Assembly: GCA_037142195.1 (NCBI GenBank)
Contig: JBAXBA010000103.1
Location: forward strand, 1 to 11,716
Length of the DNA: 11,716 bases
From: Pseudomonadota bacterium
GTDB lineage: Bacteria > Bdellovibrionota_B > Oligoflexia > Oligoflexales > CAIMVM01
Direction of reading: 5' to 3'
Below, piece after piece: positions 6,937 to 11,716 of this stretch; positions within the stretch are counted from its first letter, which is position 1; each line of letters starts with the position of its first letter. Made by a program: the position numbers and the translations under genes. Under the pieces are notes generated by a model. That model ran no database searches, was not told where the DNA came from, and saw only the letters and a list, made by a program, of their open reading frames with translations.

Positions 6937-7796
6937 TGCGGGAGTCGTGCCAACGTTTTATCGACCGTCACCCCTTGATGCCCTGGCCCCTGCGTTCAAG
7001 AACCCATTTGCTCTGGAAAAATAGTTTTGGTGAGGTCTGGGTTAAACGTGAAGACGAACTCAGTTTTATAAGTAGCGGACCGAAAAGGCGCAAGCACGCC
7101 TCGTTTTTTGCCATGGCCTTAGAAAAGAAAGTACCCGGCCTTAAAATCGCCGGGAGCCCGTTTTCTAATAATTCTGTTGCCATGGCCGCCTCTGCACGAG
7201 AGCTTGGTATCCCGTTTGAAATGCTAAGCCCAAAACCTAAAAGCCCTTTGAAGGGCAACGCTCTGCTTAATGCCATGATGAGTCAAACGGCAGTTGTTCC
7301 TTCAGATGATTTTATCACCGTTCCTGAAGGAGCCAACCATCCTTGGAGCTTAGCCGGAGCTTTGACTTTAGGACTGGATCTCGAAGATGATTACGATCAG
7401 GTTGTTTGTGATGCGGGATCCGGATACACGGCTGCTGCTCTCTCTTTTACCCTCGAGCGTTCCCCCCTCATTACCTTGAAAGTGGCTCCAGCGGATTTGT
7501 CGCTCCTCGCAAAAGATATCTCAAAACAGCTGAACCTTCCCATGCCCCGACCCAGTCGCGAGATCCAAGTTTCTTCGGGCCTCTCCCCCATTGGTCAAAG
7601 GGAATGGCTCTTTTTAAAAGACATCTGGCAAAACCACGGCCTCTTGCTAGACCCCATCTATACGGCGAGATCTTTTTTATGGACCAAACAAAACTTTGAC
7701 CAAGGCCAACTTCCAGGAAAAACTCTGCTCCTTCACACGGGAGGAGGACTCTCCCTGCTTGGATTTGAAGAGGAATTTAAAAAGCTGATGAGCTAG
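6936..7796 (+). CDS. PLP-dependent enzyme, D-cysteine desulfhydrase / ACC deaminase family
   Basis: VWVKREDE, SGPKRRK (cf. GGNKxRK PLP lysine), SNNSVAMA, VPEGA, AGSGYT, LDPIYTAR, LLHTGG. Start overlaps the prfC stop (TAATG). Confidence 0.85.
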   Translation: MRESCQRFIDRHPLMPWPLRSRTHLLWKNSFGEVWVKREDELSFISSGPKRRKHASFFAMALEKKVPGLKIAGSPFSNNSVAMAASARELGIPFEMLSPKPKSPLKGNALLNAMMSQTAVVPSDDFITVPEGANHPWSLAGALTLGLDLEDDYDQVVCDAGSGYTAAALSFTLERSPLITLKVAPADLSLLAKDISKQLNLPMPRPSREIQVSSGLSPIGQREWLFLKDIWQNHGLLLDPIYTARSFLWTKQNFDQGQLPGKTLLLHTGGGLSLLGFEEEFKKLMS

Positions 7797-8369
7797 AACA
7801 ACGCTTCTCGCGCTTGGGAATACTTCCTTCAAATGCAGATATTTTTGGAAAAAAGAAGCTGATTTTACATCTCCCAGGGAAGACCTTACCACAAAAATCC
7901 CTTTAAATTCCAAAAACTCTATGAAGAGAATGAGTGGTCCTAATTTTTGGGACCAGACAGCCTTCGCCATAGGCGGCTAGCCTACTTTCTTGCAGTCACG
8001 CTAAGGATACTTCCGGTACTTTTTCTATCAAAGATTTTTTAAAAAGAAAGCATGGCTACCGGCAACTGTTGGCATTTTTTAAAACTGGGAATGCATGTTT
8101 CCCTATATTTATGGGCAATGAGAAATGAGGAAAAAACTTCAGCCATTGTGAAATCACAACACAGCATCCATTTAGTCCAGTCAGCCGGTGCCTCAAACAA
8201 CGTGAAATCGACGGACTCAATCTCGTGAAATCCCCCATCAGCCCGTCTTAATTTGCGATTTCTCTAAATGAGGCGCTGCATTGAGTCTACAAGGCCCTAG
8301 TGAGCAGCTGCGCTGAATATTCTGTAAAATCACTCGGAATGTCGCAACGCGCACCACCTGGAACTTCTA

Positions 8370-8398
8370 TTGCCTTTACTGAAAAAAATCGGTACACT
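8370..8398 (+). promoter_or_regulatory. Putative sigma70 promoter for the ATPase gene
   Basis: TTGCCT (8370-8375), 17-bp spacer, TACACT (8393-8398); AGAGG SD at 8435-8439. Confidence 0.6.
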
Positions 8399-8445
8399 AA
8401 AGCTGTACTTTGGATTTACATGAATAAACAAAGAAGAGGTTTTAC

Positions 8446-9594
8446 TTGTATTGGCGGATGATTAGGCTTCCCAAAACACCGAAACGGACATTCTTCCTGT
8501 GGGGGCCGCGACAAGTCGGAAAAACATCGATTTTGCGACTTCTTTACAAAGACCTACCCCAAATTAATTTATTGAAAAGCGAAGAATTTGCTGCCTATCA
8601 AGCTCGTCCGGAGTTGCTTAGAGAGAGGGTACTTCAAAATAAGTGGTCTAGCGTCGTTATTGATGAAATTCAAAAAGTACCGCAGCTCCTTAATGAGATT
8701 CATTATCTGATTGAAGAGCATCAGGTGATTTTTATTATGTGCGGATCAAGCGCGAGAAAAGTAAAAGCAAATCATGCAAACCTGCTCGGTGGGCGCGCCT
8801 TGCGATATGAAATGTTGGGTGTAGTATCTCGCGAACTTGGCGAGAAATTTAACCTAGAGCAGATGTTGAATCGTGGGTACATCCCAAGTATTTATGATTC
8901 TGATGAGTATCAACTTCTTTTGAAGTCTTACTGCGCCGACTATCTGAAGGAAGAAATTTTTGCAGAAGGATTAGTTCGAAAATTAGCACCATTTAGCCGT
9001 TTTCTAGAAATCGCCGCACTGGGTGACACCCAAGTCGTTTCCTATGAAACCATAGCGCGTGATTGCGGAGTGTCTGCACCTACTGTTAAATCATATTATG
9101 AAATTCTCTCAGATACTTTGTTAGGAAAATTCTTGCCAGCTTATGCGCTTCGACCGAAAAGGCGTCAAACGTTGAGTCCAAAATTCTATTTCGCTGATGT
9201 AGGAATAGTCAATCACTTGGCCCAGCGAGGATCAGTAGCTCCCAAATCCACCAATTTTGGCTTCGCATTTGAAAACTGGGTTCATCACGAACTCTGTGCT
9301 TGGCTCGAGTATCATCAGCGATCCGAGCAGCTTACTTACTGGCAACTTACGACAGGTGTAGAAGTAGACTTTATTATTGGACCGATGAGTTGTGCCATCG
9401 AAGCTAAGTCCAGTGACCGAATCCATAGCGATCACATGAAGGGATTGAAGGAGCTTCAAGCGGACTACCCAGAAGTTGGGAGGAGAATTATCGTGAGTCG
9501 AGAGCCCATTTCCAGGCGAACTCAAGATGGAATCGAAATTCTATCTGTCGCAGATTTTCTAAAGCAGCTTTGGAGTGACCAGATTCTTCGTTAA
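8446..9594 (+). CDS. AAA+ ATP-binding protein (AAA_14 + DUF4143, C-terminal PD-(D/E)XK-like motif)
   Basis: Walker A GPRQVGKT, Walker B VVIDEIQK, GSS, GGRA, an HTH-like segment (IARDCGVSAPTVKSYYEIL), KFYFADVG, FENWV, EVDFII...AIEAK. TTG start 6 nt after AGAGG. Confidence 0.9.
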   Translation: MYWRMIRLPKTPKRTFFLWGPRQVGKTSILRLLYKDLPQINLLKSEEFAAYQARPELLRERVLQNKWSSVVIDEIQKVPQLLNEIHYLIEEHQVIFIMCGSSARKVKANHANLLGGRALRYEMLGVVSRELGEKFNLEQMLNRGYIPSIYDSDEYQLLLKSYCADYLKEEIFAEGLVRKLAPFSRFLEIAALGDTQVVSYETIARDCGVSAPTVKSYYEILSDTLLGKFLPAYALRPKRRQTLSPKFYFADVGIVNHLAQRGSVAPKSTNFGFAFENWVHHELCAWLEYHQRSEQLTYWQLTTGVEVDFIIGPMSCAIEAKSSDRIHSDHMKGLKELQADYPEVGRRIIVSREPISRRTQDGIEILSVADFLKQLWSDQILR

Positions 9595-9837
9595 ATGCTC
9601 TGACTTTTCTAATTCTACTTGTCGGAACAGATCCCTATTTACGCCGCCATCGGAGAGTAACACGCCGCAAATAGCCTATTCAGGCATTCAGGGAATCAAA
9701 CAGGAAGGTGTTTTAACGAAAAAACCAATGGAATCCTTCTGACAGTAAAGTTCGGATTGATCAAGCCCAGCAAATAAATAAACGCAATTATTACAGTTAT
9801 TTAAATTAAATAAATAGGATTAAAATAAAGTTTTTAC

Positions 9838-9871
9838 TTGCGAAACCGATAAGGAGATGGTTATCTTTATC
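9838..9871 (+). promoter_or_regulatory. abiE promoter with overlapping inverted-repeat operator
   Basis: TTGCGA (9838-9843), 18 bp, TATCTT (9862-9867); imperfect IR GATAAGGA (9848-9855) / TCTTTATC (9864-9871); very AT-rich tract upstream (about 9772-9837). Confidence 0.5.
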
Positions 9872-9903
9872 AGAGCGTGAGTCAATATAAGCCAGAGGGA
9901 AGT

Positions 9904-10647
9904 ATGGCGAACAGCCTCAAAATAAAAATCCCTATAACGCGAGAGGTCCGTCTAACCATCGAAAAAGCTGACCCAGGGCGTTTTTGGACACTGAGCGACT
10001 TCCCAAATCTTCCGCCACGCCAGGTGGCCGCAGTACTCGCCAACCTTTTTGCAAGGGGCACACTCAGGCGCTATGGGCACGGCCTTTACTACGCTCCCAA
10101 GAAAACCCTCATTGGAGAAGCACCACCCGCGCCTGTTGAGATCGCAACAAAACTGGCACGGGGGGAACGAATCGTCATGGCAGGTCTCTCTGCATATAAC
10201 TACCTCGGACTTACAACTCAGGTTCCCGCACGCCCCATTGTCGCAACCAATAAGAAACTTGGCACAAACGAAGTCGAAGTTTTGCTCCGAGATTTAAACC
10301 GTTACGGCGATGATGCCACTGACGAAGCCATTATGTTTCTCGATGCTGCCGGCCACATCGCGAACATCCCCGACTGCCCACCAAGGAAAGCCATCGAAAA
10401 TCTCCGTGCCATCCTTGAAAATCGCAAACTCGTCGGCGTCACGCCGAACGAACTTGCGCGGTTAGCCCTGCGTGATCGCCCTGGCGTTCGCGGAATGATT
10501 GGACTGCTTGGTGATTTGAGTGGTGGCCTCTCGGAGACGTGGAGACGGCGCTTAAAGGCTAGCCTCAACCCCCTCACAAAGTTCAATCTGCATCTGCCTA
10601 CTAACTTCGTGGCACCTGAAACTCTTAAGGAGTGGCATTTTGTCTGA
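9904..10647 (+). CDS. abiEi: Type IV TA antitoxin, AbiEi-like (DUF6088-like) transcriptional regulator
   Basis: N-terminal wHTH (LANLFARGTLRRYGHGLYYAPK) and AYNYLGLTTQVP motif; directly upstream of and overlapping an AbiEii gene. ATG 9904 has a GAGGGA SD; the track start is GTG 9877. Confidence 0.85.
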   Translation: MANSLKIKIPITREVRLTIEKADPGRFWTLSDFPNLPPRQVAAVLANLFARGTLRRYGHGLYYAPKKTLIGEAPPAPVEIATKLARGERIVMAGLSAYNYLGLTTQVPARPIVATNKKLGTNEVEVLLRDLNRYGDDATDEAIMFLDAAGHIANIPDCPPRKAIENLRAILENRKLVGVTPNELARLALRDRPGVRGMIGLLGDLSGGLSETWRRRLKASLNPLTKFNLHLPTNFVAPETLKEWHFV

Positions 10648-11602
10648 TAAAATTGCACTCCATAACGACCCAGATTTCTACGCCCTCCTGGCAGCCGCCG
10701 CCGCACAAGTTAACGCGCCGCTCTCAATTGTCATCAAGGATTACTGGCTGACCGAGGTACTGGCCGTCTTGTCTCGCGCCCCGGAATTCCGCGTGATCTT
10801 CAAGGGCGGGACTTCACTTTCGAAAGGATGGCAGCTTATCGACCGTTTTTCGGAAGATATTGACTTGCTGGTAACTCCTCCCAACGATGGCACGCGCCTT
10901 GGTCAAGCAGCTTCTGAAACACTCCTAAAAAAGGTACTAAAGACGTTTGAGCATGGAGGCATTTTCTCTCCCTCAACGGATCCAGAGCAGAAACCAAGCG
11001 GTGGCAAAAAACCTCCGCGCCGCGCTTCATACTTCCGCTACCCGGGAAGCGACCAGGCAACGGTGGATGGACTTTTGCCGCATTTGAAAGTCGAACTTGC
11101 GATTCACAACGGAAGCTCACCAAATAAACCGCGCCCTATTCAGTCTATCCTTGGCAAGATCATCAGCGAACGGGGAGGCGCTGGCGCACAGGGCCATCAG
11201 AATGCCGACTCGCTCCAAGTCATCTGCTTGGATCCTCTGCGCACCTTTACTGAAAAAGTCAGCCTCTTGGCGCAGGCCTACGAGCGCGGCGAGTTATTGG
11301 CATACTGTCGCCATTACTATGACCTCTATTTCTTGCTCGCAGAGGATTCCATTGCTAGTCGTCTTGGAAGCAAGGAGCATGATGATATCAAGAAATCCAT
11401 TCGTGAAGTCGATGAACTCTATGGCGTTCAAAAACCACAAGATTTTTATGCTTCCCTTGGCTCATCACCTGCTTTCGCTTTCGACGCTTCATTTCGCGAC
11501 GCGCTTTCACGGCGGTACGATTCTGAGCGGATCTATTACGGTAGAAAGCCCCCATTTTTGGAAATTATGAAGCGAGTAACGGGAATGCGCGAGCGGTATT
11601 GA
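10640..11602 (+). CDS. abiEii: Type IV TA toxin, AbiEii/AbiGii family nucleotidyltransferase
   Basis: IKDYW, FKGGTSLSKGWQLIDRFSEDIDL, RTFTEK, RHYYDL motifs; TTG start with AAGGAG SD (10627-10632); 8-nt overlap with the antitoxin gene. Confidence 0.92.
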   Translation: MSDKIALHNDPDFYALLAAAAAQVNAPLSIVIKDYWLTEVLAVLSRAPEFRVIFKGGTSLSKGWQLIDRFSEDIDLLVTPPNDGTRLGQAASETLLKKVLKTFEHGGIFSPSTDPEQKPSGGKKPPRRASYFRYPGSDQATVDGLLPHLKVELAIHNGSSPNKPRPIQSILGKIISERGGAGAQGHQNADSLQVICLDPLRTFTEKVSLLAQAYERGELLAYCRHYYDLYFLLAEDSIASRLGSKEHDDIKKSIREVDELYGVQKPQDFYASLGSSPAFAFDASFRDALSRRYDSERIYYGRKPPFLEIMKRVTGMRERY

Positions 11603-11716
11603 GCCCAAATGAACTGCAACAAAGGTTGAAACAGCAATCCAAAAACTTGACCTAACTTAATCAAAAGTTTCCACTCTTTTAATGCTAGTTTAGTCTGGGA
11701 GCCCCTGTTAAACCTG

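Noticed and set aside
7677..8238. Minus-strand ORFs 7677-7970 and 8056-8238 as genes
   Set aside because: No recognisable motifs or convincing SD; the first overlaps the PLP enzyme gene by 120 bp.
8170..8262. Minus-strand peptide RRADGGFHEIESVDF resembling the IspE RxDGYHEL motif
   Set aside because: Short match with an extra residue, a stop codon just upstream and no other GHMP kinase motifs; it cannot be supported as a pseudogene without a search.
5262..9610. 12-bp direct repeat TCTGACTTTTCT at 5262-5273 and 9599-9610 as att sites or target duplication
   Set aside because: Several 12-mer matches are expected by chance in 11.7 kb; the copies would bracket the core gene prfC and no integrase is present.
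11097..11570. 157-aa alternative-frame ORF inside abiEii, and other nested or antisense ORFs in the track (e.g. 285-644, 3980-4315, 10302-10706)
   Set aside because: They lie almost entirely within well-supported genes, have no recognisable motifs, and look like shadow ORFs.

Overview
Bacterial chromosomal segment. The host is not determinable from sequence alone; the lipoprotein and secreted-protein style is compatible with Bdellovibrionota/Oligoflexia, which is inference only. From left to right: a 10-bp tandem repeat abutting the RBS of a lipoprotein with an NlpC/P60-like Cys-His-Glu triad; a convergent asnB (minus strand) followed by a 12-bp hairpin; a divergent secreted patatin-like protein; a highly structured ~190-nt leader; prfC (release factor 3) translationally coupled (TAATG) to a D-cysteine desulfhydrase/ACC deaminase-like PLP enzyme; a ~650-bp unexplained spacer; and an accessory, defence-like block consisting of an AAA_14/DUF4143 ATPase-nuclease and a type IV AbiEi/AbiEii toxin-antitoxin pair with a promoter-overlapping inverted repeat. 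The most interesting observation is the prfC leader. It contains a 35-codon uORF missed by the ORF track that ends in TGA in frame with prfC, followed by mutually exclusive 1:2, 2:3 and 3:4 pairings ending in an intrinsic terminator. This is a candidate termination-sensing autoregulatory attenuator for RF3 (hypothesis; pairings were read by eye).
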